From an uncultured bacterium (GTDB lineage: Bacteria; Verrucomicrobiota; Verrucomicrobiia; Limisphaerales; UBA8199), in assembly GCA_963749495.1 (NCBI GenBank), contig CAVVMW010000012.1, positions 192,001 through 256,000 of the forward strand: a stretch of 64,000 nt of DNA, written 5' to 3'. A program made the position numbers and the translations under genes. Each line of letters opens with the position of its first letter. The stretch's first letter is position 1. Below the pieces are notes generated by a model. It saw nothing but the letters and a program-made list of their open reading frames with translations. It was not told the origin of the DNA and searched no databases. Shown here piece after piece: positions 41,144 to 52,736 of this stretch.

Positions 41144-41477
41144 CAGGGAAGACCTGCCGCAAAATGGCATCCGCTTCTTGATCCGTCATCGGATTATCAA
41201 CCAGTGTGCGTGAGTCTTGGAGCTGCCTCAGCCGGCCGCTGATGGCACGCAGGGCCCCAGGCATCGCCCTGGAGGCTACCGAGTACATGTGGAGCGTCAG
41301 GCCAAGAATGAGATCGAGACGTTTGCCGTGCTCCTCCAATTCTTGGCGGCTGGCCTGCCTCGCGATGAAGTTCTTCCGCTGCCAATCCATGAACTCGTCG
41401 GAATGCCGTGACCAGAACTCGAATAAATCCTCCGCCGAGAGCGGCCTTGGGTCCTGGCGCTCGGTTGCGGTTGCCAT
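41115..41477 (-). CDS. Hypothetical protein
   Basis: MATATERQDPRPLSAEDLFEFW...MTDQEADAILRQVFPDE. This is the plausible real 3' part of ORF 41115..42437. Confidence 0.55.
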   Translation of the reverse strand: MATATERQDPRPLSAEDLFEFWSRHSDEFMDWQRKNFIARQASRQELEEHGKRLDLILGLTLHMYSVASRAMPGALRAISGRLRQLQDSRTLVDNPMTDQEADAILRQVFPDEPGTGRSA

Positions 41478-41602
41478 ACTCATGGAGTGAATGTGGCAAA
41501 GAACATCGTGGGATGCAAAAAGATTCGCAGGGCCGAGCCAGTAGTGCCAGGAGCCCAGCGGGAGCCCGATCGGCGCTCGATTTTCGGTTCTGGATTTTCC
41601 TC

Positions 41603-41681
41603 TTGCGCCAAGGCGGCCGGGTGGTAAAGTCACCCCCGCTCTAAGCTCCACCCGCGGGGTGGATTTTTGTTTTTGTTTTTT
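41603..41681 (+). promoter_or_regulatory. prs promoter (TTGCGC-N16-TAAAGT, extended TG) and leader hairpin with U-tract
   Basis: TCCACCC-GCG-GGGTGGA followed by TTTTTGTTTTTGTTTTTT. Confidence 0.45.
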
Positions 41682-41702
41682 GATGCGAATAGCGAGCCAA
41701 TC

Positions 41703-42650
41703 GTGAAGATTTTCAGCGGCACTTCCAACCAGCCCCTGGCGCAGGCGATCTGCGCCTATATCGGGATCGAACTGGGCAAGTCGACGATCAAGCCGTTCCC
41801 GGACGGCGAGACATTCGTCAAGATCGAGGAGAATGTCCGGGGCGAGGATGTATTCCTGATCCAATCCACCTCTCCGCCGACCAACCATCATTTGATGGAG
41901 ATGTTCATCATGATGGACGCCCTGCGCCGAGCCAGCGCAGCCCGGGTCACGGCGGTGATGCCCTTTTACGGGTATGCGCGCCAGGACCGGAAGGACCAGC
42001 CGCGCGTGCCCATTACCGCCAAGCTGGTGGCCAATCTGGTCGTCGCCGCCGGGGCCAACCGGGTGCTGACCATGGACCTGCACGCCCAGCAGATCCAGGG
42101 GTTTTTTGACATCCCGGTCGATCACCTCTACGCCGCGCCGGTGATGTACCAGTACCTCAAGAAGAAGCGCCTGAACGACCTGGTCGTGGTCAGCCCGGAC
42201 GTGGGCGGGCTCAAGATGGCTTATGCCTATTCGCAGGTGCTCGGGTCGAGCCTGGCTATCGTGGCCAAACGACGGCGCAGCGCCAGCGAGGTCGAGTCCC
42301 TGGCCGTCATTGGGGAGATCCGGGGCAAGAACGCCCTGTTGGTGGACGATTTGACGGAGACGGCGGGCACGCTGACCGCCGCCGCCGAACGGCTCAAACG
42401 CAAGGGCGCCCGCAGCATCATCGCCTGTGTCTCCCACGCCATCCTCAGCACTAACCTCGGCATCGAGCGGCTGCGAAAATCGGCTATTGACGAATTGATA
42501 ACAACTGATACCGTCCTACGCCCGGCTATGAGCGGGGTGAAGATCACGACCCTGTCTGTGGCAGGGCTTTTGGGCGAGGCTATCAAGCGAATTCACAGCA
42601 ATTCGTCGGTCACTTCGCTGTTCGAGTTTAATGGCGGGCGCACCAGTTGA
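41703..42650 (+). CDS. prs: Ribose-phosphate pyrophosphokinase
   Basis: FPDGE, YARQDRK, DLHAQQIQGFF, SPDVGG and VDDLTETAGT. Confidence 0.96.
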   Translation: MKIFSGTSNQPLAQAICAYIGIELGKSTIKPFPDGETFVKIEENVRGEDVFLIQSTSPPTNHHLMEMFIMMDALRRASAARVTAVMPFYGYARQDRKDQPRVPITAKLVANLVVAAGANRVLTMDLHAQQIQGFFDIPVDHLYAAPVMYQYLKKKRLNDLVVVSPDVGGLKMAYAYSQVLGSSLAIVAKRRRSASEVESLAVIGEIRGKNALLVDDLTETAGTLTAAAERLKRKGARSIIACVSHAILSTNLGIERLRKSAIDELITTDTVLRPAMSGVKITTLSVAGLLGEAIKRIHSNSSVTSLFEFNGGRTS

Positions 42651-42707
42651 CGGGCGCCAGCCGGGCCGCGCGCCCCCGGGCGCAGGCCCTGGAACGATTT
42701 AACGACA

Positions 42708-43589
42708 ATGAAATCCGTATCACTGAGCGCATTGCCCCGAGCACTGAGCCGGCGCGCCGGGGCCAAAAAACTCCGCGCCGAGGGCCGTGTCCCGGCCGTC
42801 ATCTATGGCCGGCAGGCCCAGGCCCAGAGCCTCGAGGTCAAAGCCAAGGAAATGGAAGACCTCATCCACCGCTCGGTCTCCGAAAACCTCCTGGTTGACC
42901 TTGAGGTCAAGGACGACGCCCGGCCCAAGCGCCTGGCCCTGGTCCAGGAAATCCAACACCACCCCCTGAGCGGGAAGATCCTCCATGTGGACTTCCACGA
43001 AGTGGCCGAAAATGAAAAGGTGACCATCAGCGTGCCGGTCGAGACGGTGGGCGAGGCCGAGGGCGTCAAGACCGGCGGCGGGGTGCTCGAGCACGTGCTC
43101 TTTCGGGTGCGGGCGCGCGGGCTGCCCAAGGACCTGCCCGAGGTGATTATGGTGGACGTGACCCACCTCAAGCTGGGCGAGGCCGTCCACCTGGGGGAGA
43201 TCAAACCGCCGGGCGGCGTCGAGTTGGTGGGGGACAAACAGATGGCAGTTATCGCCGTGGCCGCGCCGCGCACTGAGGAAGAGGAAGCTGCCGCCGAGGC
43301 GGAAGCTGCCGCGCCGGGCGAGGTCGAGATGATCAAAGAGAAGAAGGAAGGCGAAGAAGAGGCCCCTGCGGCCAAAGGGGCGGAAAAGGCCCCCGGCAAG
43401 GGCGCCGAAAAGGCCCCCGCCAAGGGTGCCAAGGGGGCCGAGAAGGCCCCCGCCAAGGGCGCCGAGAAGGCCCCCGCCAAGGGCGCCGAGAAGCCCCCCG
43501 CCAAGGGTGCCGAAAAAGCCCAGGCCAAGGGCGCCGAGAAAGCCCCGGCCAAGGGCGCCGAGAAAGCCCCGGCCGGCAAGAAAAAGTAG
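42708..43589 (+). CDS. rplY: 50S ribosomal protein L25/Ctc with a long repetitive C-tail
   Basis: LRAEGRVPAVIYG, HVDF and GVKTGGG, in prs-rplY-pth synteny. Confidence 0.93.
   Translation: MKSVSLSALPRALSRRAGAKKLRAEGRVPAVIYGRQAQAQSLEVKAKEMEDLIHRSVSENLLVDLEVKDDARPKRLALVQEIQHHPLSGKILHVDFHEVAENEKVTISVPVETVGEAEGVKTGGGVLEHVLFRVRARGLPKDLPEVIMVDVTHLKLGEAVHLGEIKPPGGVELVGDKQMAVIAVAAPRTEEEEAAAEAEAAAPGEVEMIKEKKEGEEEAPAAKGAEKAPGKGAEKAPAKGAKGAEKAPAKGAEKAPAKGAEKPPAKGAEKAQAKGAEKAPAKGAEKAPAGKKK
43371..43575 (+). repeat. 24-nt coding tandem repeat (AKGAEKAP), about 8 copies
   Basis: gccaagggcgccgagaaggccccc units. Confidence 0.9.
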
Positions 43590-43642
43590 CAGTGATTTGG
43601 GCGGCGGCGCGGTTGGCTCCGGGCCGCCGGCTGGTCCCGCGC

Positions 43643-44257
43643 ATGGAGAACCTGTATCTCATCGTGGGCTTGGGCAATCCCGGCGCCGATTACGCGCGGA
43701 CCCGGCACAATGCCGGTTTCCAGGTGGTCGAGCGCCTGGCGGAACGCTGGCGGGCGGGCTGGACTTACGAGAAGAAGTTCAACGCCAGCCTGGCGCGGGC
43801 GGAGCGGACAGGGCGCCGCGTGTTGTTGTGCAGGCCGCAGACATTCATGAATGCCAGCGGCGAGGCGGTAGGGGCGGTGCAGGCCTTCTACCGGGTGGCG
43901 CTGGCGCAGATGCTGGTGGTCGTGGACGATGCGGATTTGCCGCTGGGCGAACTGCGGCTCCGGCCAGGCGGCGGCAGCGGCGGCCACCATGGGCTGGAAT
44001 CCATCCAGCAGCGGCTGGCCGCGCGCGACTATGCCCGGCTGCGCGTGGGCATCGGCCGGCAGGCCAACCTGCGCCAGATCACCGGGCACGTGCTCGGGCG
44101 ATTTCATTCGACCGAGATGCCGCTGGTGGACGAAGTTTTGGGCCGGGCGGCCGACCAGGCGCAGTGCTGGCTGGAAGCCGGGATACAGAAGGCAATGAAT
44201 CAGTTTAACGGCGCCCCGCCCGAACGGGACGCCCCCAACGAAAGAGAAGAGCAGTGA
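43643..44257 (+). CDS. pth: Peptidyl-tRNA hydrolase
   Basis: LIVGLGNPG, TRHNAGF, PQTFMN, GGHHGL and RLRVGIGR. Confidence 0.95.
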   Translation: MENLYLIVGLGNPGADYARTRHNAGFQVVERLAERWRAGWTYEKKFNASLARAERTGRRVLLCRPQTFMNASGEAVGAVQAFYRVALAQMLVVVDDADLPLGELRLRPGGGSGGHHGLESIQQRLAARDYARLRVGIGRQANLRQITGHVLGRFHSTEMPLVDEVLGRAADQAQCWLEAGIQKAMNQFNGAPPERDAPNEREEQ

Positions 44258-44586
44258 AACGATACGAAGGCTTGTTCATACTGGAAACCGCCGGCAAAGA
44301 AGAAGGCATCAAGGACACGATCGATAAGATCTCCGCCGAGATTGCTTCCCTGGGCGGCAAAGTGGAAACCGTGCAGAAGATGGAGAAGCGCAACTTCGCC
44401 CGCGTCGCCAACAAGCGGCACAGCGCCGGTTTCTACGTGAATATCATTTTCGAGGGCCAATCCACCCTCCTCGATCAACTCAAGCACCGGTTCGCCATGA
44501 ACACGGACATCTTCCGCGTCCTGTTCACCAATTCGCCGGCGCCCAAACCCGCCTCAGCCCATCAACCCACCCAACCAACCACCTAG
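44254..44586 (+). CDS. rpsF: 30S ribosomal protein S6
   Basis: MKRYEGLFIL...GFY..., and position immediately before ssb. Confidence 0.88.
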   Translation: MKRYEGLFILETAGKEEGIKDTIDKISAEIASLGGKVETVQKMEKRNFARVANKRHSAGFYVNIIFEGQSTLLDQLKHRFAMNTDIFRVLFTNSPAPKPASAHQPTQPTT

Positions 44587-44592
44587 GAACCT

Positions 44593-45079
44593 ATGGCCAG
44601 CTTCAACAAAGTCATCCTCGCGGGCAACCTCACACGCGACCCCGACCTGCGCTACACCCCCAAAGGCACCGCCATCGCCCGCATCGGCCTGGCCATCAAC
44701 AGGACCTGGAAGACCGAGACCGGCGAGACCAAGGAAGAGGTCACTTTCGTCGATGTCGATGCCTTCGGGCGCCAGGCCGAGGTCATCGCCCAATACATGA
44801 AAAAGGGGCGGCCGTTCCTGGTCGAGGGCCGGCTCAAACTCGACCAGTGGGAGGACAAGAACACTCACCAGAAACAGAGCAAGCTGCACGTCGTCCTCGA
44901 GGGCTTTTCCTTTATTAATGCCAGGCCCTCCGAAGGCGGCGCGGCCTTCGACAACGCCCGGCCGCGCCCGCCGGCCGCGGCTCAACCCGGCCCGGCCAGC
45001 CCGGCCGGCCCAGCCCGAAGCTGCCCCAGCCCCCGCCCCGGACGCCCCATCCGCCGAGGAAGACGACGTCCCCTTCTGA
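44593..45079 (+). CDS. ssb: Single-stranded DNA-binding protein (frameshift in the linker near 45010)
   Basis: FNKVILAGNLTRDPDLRYT and VEGRL. The canonical acidic tail EEDDVPF* ends at 45079 in another frame. Confidence 0.93.
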
Positions 45080-45127
45080 ACCGGGGATTTTTAGTTGCAG
45101 CCGGGCTGCGCTGGGATAGTTTGGCAG

Positions 45128-45823
45128 ATGGTTCAATCCGTTATTCTCCGAGGTGGTCGTCTGCCCAAGGGGTCCCTGTGCCCGGTTGGGCTGAGAGTCT
45201 CTCTGCTGGTCGTCGGGGTTTGCCTGGCGGCGGGCCTGGCCGCGGCCCAGCGACAGCCCGAGACGCCGCCGGCCGGGGCGGACCCGGGCCTTTGGGAGGC
45301 CGGAGTGGGCGAGGGGTTCAGGCCGGGCGCGCACGAGTTGGATTTGTCGGCAGGCCCCGGTTCGGGGATGCGGGTGTTCGGCAGCCAGCACACCCACGAC
45401 CTGGGTTTGGGCGTGGTGCAATACGGCTGGATGGTCGGCAAAGTCGCAGGCCAAGAGAGGTGGTACCGGGGGAACTGGGAATTGCTGGGCGAGGTCTTCG
45501 GCGCCGGCCAGTTCCACCCCTCCTCCGGCTACGTCATTGGCGGCGCCCCGCTGCTCCGCTACAACTTTGCCACCGGCCACCGCTGGATTCCCTTTGTGGA
45601 CCTGGGCGCGGGGATGGCCGCGACAGACATCCGCAACGGCGATCTCAGCACGACCTTCGAGTTCACCCTCCAGACCGCCGCCGGGCTTCATCTGTTCCTG
45701 CGCGACGACCTGGCCCTGACCCTCCAGTATCGGTTTGTCCATCTCTCTAACGCCAGTGTGAGCTCCCCCAACCTGGGCGTGAACACCAGCGCCTTCCTGA
45801 CGGGCCTGACCCTGTTCTTCTGA
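45128..45823 (+). CDS. Acyloxyacyl hydrolase / lipid A 3-O-deacylase (PagL-like) beta-barrel
   Basis: YRFVHLSNA...PNLGVN and a C-terminal Phe. Confidence 0.8.
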   Translation: MVQSVILRGGRLPKGSLCPVGLRVSLLVVGVCLAAGLAAAQRQPETPPAGADPGLWEAGVGEGFRPGAHELDLSAGPGSGMRVFGSQHTHDLGLGVVQYGWMVGKVAGQERWYRGNWELLGEVFGAGQFHPSSGYVIGGAPLLRYNFATGHRWIPFVDLGAGMAATDIRNGDLSTTFEFTLQTAAGLHLFLRDDLALTLQYRFVHLSNASVSSPNLGVNTSAFLTGLTLFF

Positions 45824-45829
45824 CGCGCC

Positions 45830-45889
45830 TAGGAGCGCGGACGCCCCGTCCGCGTGAAGAAACGCGCGGACGAGGGCGTCCGCGCTCCT
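45830..45889. repeat. REP-like doublet (GGAGCGCGGACGCC..GTCCGCG family)
   Basis: Related copies at about 10730 and 62432-62499. Confidence 0.75.
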
Positions 45890-45903
45890 ATCCGACGTGG
45901 CGC

Positions 45904-47037
45904 CTACACCAGCCGTTTCAACTTGGGATCGTCAGCGAGTATCTTGACCAACTGCTTGACCTTCTGCGCCTGGCTCTTGTGGGCCAGGAGTGTGGCATCG
46001 TCAGTCTGGACCAGGATGGCGTTGCGCAGGCCGACCACCGCAATGAGGGTGCGCCGCGCGCGCGTGCGGGCGTCGAAAATGAGGTTGCGGGCTCCATCCA
46101 CGTGGATGAAATCGCCCACCGCGCAGTTGCCTTCGGCATCGGGCTTGAGATGCCGGGCCAGGGCGCTCCAGGAGCCAAGGTCGTCCCAGGCAAACGCCCC
46201 GTCGGCCACAATGACATTTTGCGCGTGCTCCATGAGCGCGTAATTGATCGAGACCCGCTTGAGCTCGGGATAATCCCTGGCCAGGGCCTGCTTGAGTTTG
46301 GCAGGCGTGCCCGCCACTTTGAACCACCGCTGGCAGGCCTGGTACATCTCCGGCTGGTGTTTCTGCAGCCCCTCGGTGATCGTCACGAACGACCAGACGA
46401 ACATCCCCGCGTTCCAGCGGTATTGGCCTGAGTTGATGTAGTCCAGGGCCTGGTCGTATTGGGGCTTTTCGACGAACTGCTCGGCGCGGAAGAAGGCGGT
46501 CTTGGAGGCCTTGGCCCCTTGCGGGGGCGGCAGGGCCTGGCCCACCCGGATGTAGCCATAGCCGGTCGCCGGCTCGGTCGGTTTGATCCCGATGGTGATA
46601 ATGGCCTGCCCCCACCCCGCCAAGTCCAGGGCGTCCCCCAGGACCTGCTGAAACTTCTTCTCCTCAGGGATGACATGGTCGGCAGGGAGCACCGCCATCA
46701 CCGCGGTCGTCGAGCGCGCCCCGGCCAGGGCGGCCCCAAGCGTGACCGCCGCGCAGGTGTCCCGGCCCACCGGTTCGACGACGATATTTGCCGCCGGGAG
46801 CTTGGGCAGTTGTTTGCGCACCTCCGGGGCCTGGAGTTCGTTGGTGATGACGAGCACGTTCCGGAGCGCCACCAGCGGCAGCACCCGCTCAACCGCCTGC
46901 TGCAACAACGAACGCCCCCCCAGCAGCGGGAGCAGTTGCTTAGGCGTCTTCTGGCGGCTCACCGGCCAAAACCGCTCACCCCGCCCGCCCGCCATGATGA
47001 TCGCGAACCGATCCGCTGCATTAAGGTTTGTTTTCAT
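45904..47037 (-). CDS. manC: Mannose-1-phosphate guanylyltransferase
   Basis: IMAGGRGERFWPVSR, PKQLL, EPVGRDT, TGYGYI, FVEKP, WNAGMF and WDDLGSW. Confidence 0.92.
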   Translation of the reverse strand: MKTNLNAADRFAIIMAGGRGERFWPVSRQKTPKQLLPLLGGRSLLQQAVERVLPLVALRNVLVITNELQAPEVRKQLPKLPAANIVVEPVGRDTCAAVTLGAALAGARSTTAVMAVLPADHVIPEEKKFQQVLGDALDLAGWGQAIITIGIKPTEPATGYGYIRVGQALPPPQGAKASKTAFFRAEQFVEKPQYDQALDYINSGQYRWNAGMFVWSFVTITEGLQKHQPEMYQACQRWFKVAGTPAKLKQALARDYPELKRVSINYALMEHAQNVIVADGAFAWDDLGSWSALARHLKPDAEGNCAVGDFIHVDGARNLIFDARTRARRTLIAVVGLRNAILVQTDDATLLAHKSQAQKVKQLVKILADDPKLKRLV

Positions 47038-47081
47038 ATTCAGCACGGCCTCACTGAACGCGGGAGCGACACACGGGGCCG

Positions 47082-47229
47082 ACCCCTCACCCCGACCCTC
47101 TCCCCTTCCAAAGGGGAGAGGGAGAAACATCGGCAGCCTCTGGAATTTCCAGGCGGCTCCGCTTGCTCGAGCCGCTCCCGCGAATTCCCCCTCTCCCCTT
47201 CCGAAGGGGAGAGGGGCGGGGTGAGGGGT
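47082..47229. repeat. CCCCTCACCC-CCTCTCCCC/GGGGAGAGGG palindromic element
   Basis: Two hairpins in inverted orientation; a related element lies at 49493-49643. Confidence 0.8.
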
Positions 47230-47289
47230 CCGCCCGGCACTCCGTCTCCGCCTTCACTGACCGATTCCTGTTCTCGAAGCACTCCATCA

Positions 47290-48102
47290 TTATCCCATCT
47301 GCGTTGCGCCCTTCACCGCTGCCGCCAGGGGCCGGACGAACTCCGCAATCCGCTCCGCCAGGGCCGGGTCCCGTCCCAGCCGGGCGATCTGGTTCACAAT
47401 CGCGCTGCCCACGACCACCGCGTCGGCGTCCGCAGCCACCAACCGGGCTTGCTCCGGGGTCGAGATCCCGAAGCCCACGGCGATGGGCAAGTCCGTGTGC
47501 GCCCGGATCCTCGAGGTCATGGCAGCGATACTCTCGGCAACCTTGTCCTGCACGCCGGTCACACCCTCGCGGCAGACGTAGTAGATGAACCCTGCGCCAC
47601 GCTTGACGATCAACTCGACCCGGTCATCCGGGGTTGTCGGGGCGACCAGGTAGATCAGGTGCAGCCCGGCCCGGCGCGCCAGGGCCTCGCAGCTTGCGCC
47701 CTCTTCCGGCGGCAAATCCAGGACCAGCAGGCCGTCCACACCCGCCCGCGCCGCATCCTCGATGAACCGCTCGACGCCGTAACGGTGAACCAGGTTGAAG
47801 TAGAGATACAGGACAATCGGGATCTGCGACCCCTGCCGAATGGCCGAGACGGCCGCCAGCACGCCCGAGGGGGTCGTCCCCGAGGCCAGGCCCCGTTGGG
47901 CGGCAAGTTGGTTGACTAGGCCGTCGGCCAGAGGGTCGCTGAAGGGCACACCCAGCTCGAGCACGTCCACGCCCAGCTTGTCGAAGGCCGCCGCCAGCCG
48001 GCGTGTGGCCTCCAGGTCCGGGTCTCCCGCCCCGATATAGGCAATGAACCCCTTTTTGTGTTCGTTCTTGAGCCGGGCGAATCTCTCATCGATGCGATTC
48101 AT
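47290..48102 (-). CDS. trpA: Tryptophan synthase alpha chain
   Basis: ELGVPFSDPLADG, DLPPEE, GVTG, VGFGIS and VVGSAIV. Confidence 0.96.
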   Translation of the reverse strand: MNRIDERFARLKNEHKKGFIAYIGAGDPDLEATRRLAAAFDKLGVDVLELGVPFSDPLADGLVNQLAAQRGLASGTTPSGVLAAVSAIRQGSQIPIVLYLYFNLVHRYGVERFIEDAARAGVDGLLVLDLPPEEGASCEALARRAGLHLIYLVAPTTPDDRVELIVKRGAGFIYYVCREGVTGVQDKVAESIAAMTSRIRAHTDLPIAVGFGISTPEQARLVAADADAVVVGSAIVNQIARLGRDPALAERIAEFVRPLAAAVKGATQMG

Positions 48103-48218
48103 GCCGCCGGAGTGTCCAACGCGGCTTGGGAAGATGCAAGGTGAAGTTTCCGGTTCACCCGAGTTCCAACGCTCCGGGATTCATCGAGAGACAGGCGGTG
48201 GTCGTCCCTCTCCCCATC

Positions 48219-49492
48219 AGGTATCATTCCGAACAACGGTTGCCTTAAAATCCCCCGTAATCAGGGTTGTTTCTGGGGTCGGTCTTAACAGGGCTCACAT
48301 AGTTTAACTTTTCAGGTCCAGGGGAATCCGTGTTTTTCGGGCCTTTTTGAAGAATAGCCGCCACGGTCGCACCTAAAAATGTCATTGTGTTTGATGAATA
48401 ACGCCCTGAAATGGCCCAGTCAATCACTTACAATAACATTATGGCTACGGACTTAACGCGCGCCGAACACTCCGTCATCCAACAGCTTCGTCGTCTGGGC
48501 GTCGCAACCATGCGTGCCTTGCGCCAGCGCGTGCATTGCTGCCACATGACCGTGGTGCGGGCCCTGCGCAAAACCGGCTATCACAACAGCTTTAACGCCA
48601 ACGCCGCTTACTACACCCTGCCCCAAACCCCGGTCTTCGATGACCACGGCCTGTGGTTCCACCGGCAGATCGGCTTTTCCCGGCACGGCAACCTGCTCCA
48701 AACCCTGGCTGCCTTGGTGGCCAAGGCTCCGGCCGGTTGCACCGTCCCGGAGTTGGAGGCGCAGCTCTCCACGCCCGTGGCCAACCTGCTATGTCGGTTG
48801 GGGCGCGAGGGTCGAGTCGGCATTGCTCACCGTGGCCGCCGCGCCCTGTATTTGGCCGCCGATCCCGCCCAGCAACGCCGCCAACAAGCCCAGCGTCAGA
48901 CTCAGACGCTGGCGGCGCCGCTCTCCGCAGTGGGGGCGGGCCCGGCCTTGCCGCCCGGAGTCAGTGCCCTGGAAGTCGTCGCCCTGCTGAGCACGCTCAT
49001 TCAACATCCGCACGCCCGGGTGCCGACCCTGGTCCGGCTGCTCCAGAAGCGGGGCGTTGGCCTGAGCCCCAGCCAAATCCGCCAGGCGCAGGCCTTTTAT
49101 GAGATCAAAAAAAAACGGCACCTTAAGCCTGGCGAGCCTGGCTCAGGACCTGAGTCGCCAAGCGGCTGAGCAACTGCAATCCCTGGCCCGGCCCTGCGCC
49201 TTGCCTACCTATCGGTTTGATGCCCCCGCCCAGTCTCTTCCCGTGCTCAAGAGCCGCGCCCGTCGCGTGGTCAGTGGGCAGCATGGCCCCTTGGTGGCCG
49301 TGGAAGTCATGCGCACCGACCCGGACCACCCGGAGGCCAAGCCGCAACGTTCGGCGGACTTGGCCCGCCTGGTGCCCGCGCGCTGTTGTTACGCTTTTGA
49401 CTTGATCGCCCAGGTCGGCCGGCAAGTCTTTCTGGAAGGGCAGACCTTGGCCCAAGTGCAGCAAGGCCTGGAGTCCCGAACCCCCCCACTAC
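48219..49492 (+). mobile_element. Truncated two-ORF IS-like element interrupting a palindromic repeat
   Basis: AT-rich left end, an HTH-like orfA (48441-49169) and an orfB fragment ending abruptly. It is flanked by the two halves CCCTCTCCCC (48206-48215) and GGGGAGAGGG (49498-49507) of one hairpin. Confidence 0.5.
48441..49169 (+). CDS. HTH-containing hypothetical protein, probably transposase-associated
   Basis: TVVRALRKTGYHNSFNANAAYYTL...GLW...FSRHGNL, with an A9 run near the 3' end. Confidence 0.55.
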   Translation: MATDLTRAEHSVIQQLRRLGVATMRALRQRVHCCHMTVVRALRKTGYHNSFNANAAYYTLPQTPVFDDHGLWFHRQIGFSRHGNLLQTLAALVAKAPAGCTVPELEAQLSTPVANLLCRLGREGRVGIAHRGRRALYLAADPAQQRRQQAQRQTQTLAAPLSAVGAGPALPPGVSALEVVALLSTLIQHPHARVPTLVRLLQKRGVGLSPSQIRQAQAFYEIKKKRHLKPGEPGSGPESPSG

Positions 49493-49735
49493 CCGAAGGG
49501 GAGAGGGAGAAGCGTCGGCAGTCTCTTGAACTTCCCAGCATCGCTGATTCCTCGAGCGACTGCGGAGCATTCTCCCTCTCCCCATCCGACTCGCCGCGCT
49601 GCCGCGCCGTCGCAGCGGGTGGGGATAGGGTTGGGGTGAGGGGTCCGCCCGCTGTACCGCTCCCGTGTTCACTGAGGCATTGCTCCCGCAACCTATTTAC
49701 TTGGAACGTTGTCCCATTCCGGGTAGTTATAGGGC

Positions 49736-51802
<2,067 letters not shown>

Positions 51803-51919
51803 TGGGCACGGGCGCGGATGGGCTTTGGGATCCGATGGATGATGGGAGAATTACTTTCCAAGATGAAGGCAGGGTGTTAGACTAGTCTCTGACCGGTCAA
51901 AAAACTGGCCAATATCAAT

Positions 51920-52180
51920 ATGAGCGCAACAACAATTATCGCGGCTTCAGACGCCAAAGCAAAGTTTTCCGAACTACTGGATCGGGCGAGAAAGGGGGAG
52001 GGTTTCGCCATTACTCTGCATGGCGAGGAGGTCGCAAGGCTTATACCCGCCAAAGGCAAGAGCCTGGAGGAAATCCGAGCGGTCATCGCCCAGGCGAAGT
52101 CAAGGCGAATCGTTCTGAACCCCCCGGGCAGGCCCAAGCTTCGAAATCAAGGACCTTATCGAGGAGGGCCGAGCGTGAGT
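51920..52180 (+). CDS. Phd/YefM family antitoxin (apparent +1 A near 52145 reads it into the toxin frame)
   Basis: ASDAKAKFSELLDRARKGE...ITLHGEEVARLIP. Removing one A gives KLRIKDLIEEGRA* overlapping the toxin GTG. Confidence 0.8.
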
Positions 52181-52585
52181 TTTGCCTTGGATGCTTCGTT
52201 CGCGCTCGCCTGGGTGTTGGAGGACGAGGCATCCGCTCAAACAGACCAGGTGCTGGACTCGCTCGGAACCGGCGCGAAGGCCTTTGTGCCCGCCCTCTGG
52301 CGGTGGGAGATCGTCAACGCGCTTCTGTCTGTGGAGCGTCGTCAGCGGGCGGCACACGCTGAAATTGCCGGTCACATCCAGTTTTTCCGATCACTGCCCA
52401 TCGAGGTCAACGAGGCGTGTCTCGAACAGGTCTGGAGCGCCACGCATTTGCTGGCGCAAAAGCACAAACTGACAAGCTATGACGCGGCATACCTCGACCT
52501 CGCGATGCGGCGCAGCTTGCCGCTCGCGACGCAGGACGATCAGTTGCGAGAGGCGGCTGAAGCTGAAGGGGTACGGCTGCTCTGA
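52175..52585 (+). CDS. vapC: VapC/PIN toxin
   Basis: ALDAS, VPALWRWEIVN, YDAAYLDLA and LATQD. Confidence 0.88.
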   Translation: MSFALDASFALAWVLEDEASAQTDQVLDSLGTGAKAFVPALWRWEIVNALLSVERRQRAAHAEIAGHIQFFRSLPIEVNEACLEQVWSATHLLAQKHKLTSYDAAYLDLAMRRSLPLATQDDQLREAAEAEGVRLL

Positions 52586-52656
52586 GAGTGAGCCTCTACG
52601 GTTTTGAAATCGCGCAAGGGGACCCTGAACCGGATGGGCGCAGCCCGGCGCGAAGC

Positions 52657-52736
52657 GTTTTGGACTGCGCCAGTCCTCTGGCGCTTTCGCCTCCCCACGG
52701 TCCAAAAAGCGCCAGAGGACTGGCGCAGTCCAAAAC
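52657..52736. repeat. REP-like doublet family A, copy 3
   Basis: Same arms as at 22615 and 40667. Confidence 0.85.

Noticed and set aside
41490..41700. tRNA gene upstream of prs
   Set aside because: No cloverleaf or T-loop GTTCRA motif with matching stems was found.
44593..45750. 385-aa extended SSB
   Set aside because: Frameshift artefact; the true EEDDVPF stop is at 45079.
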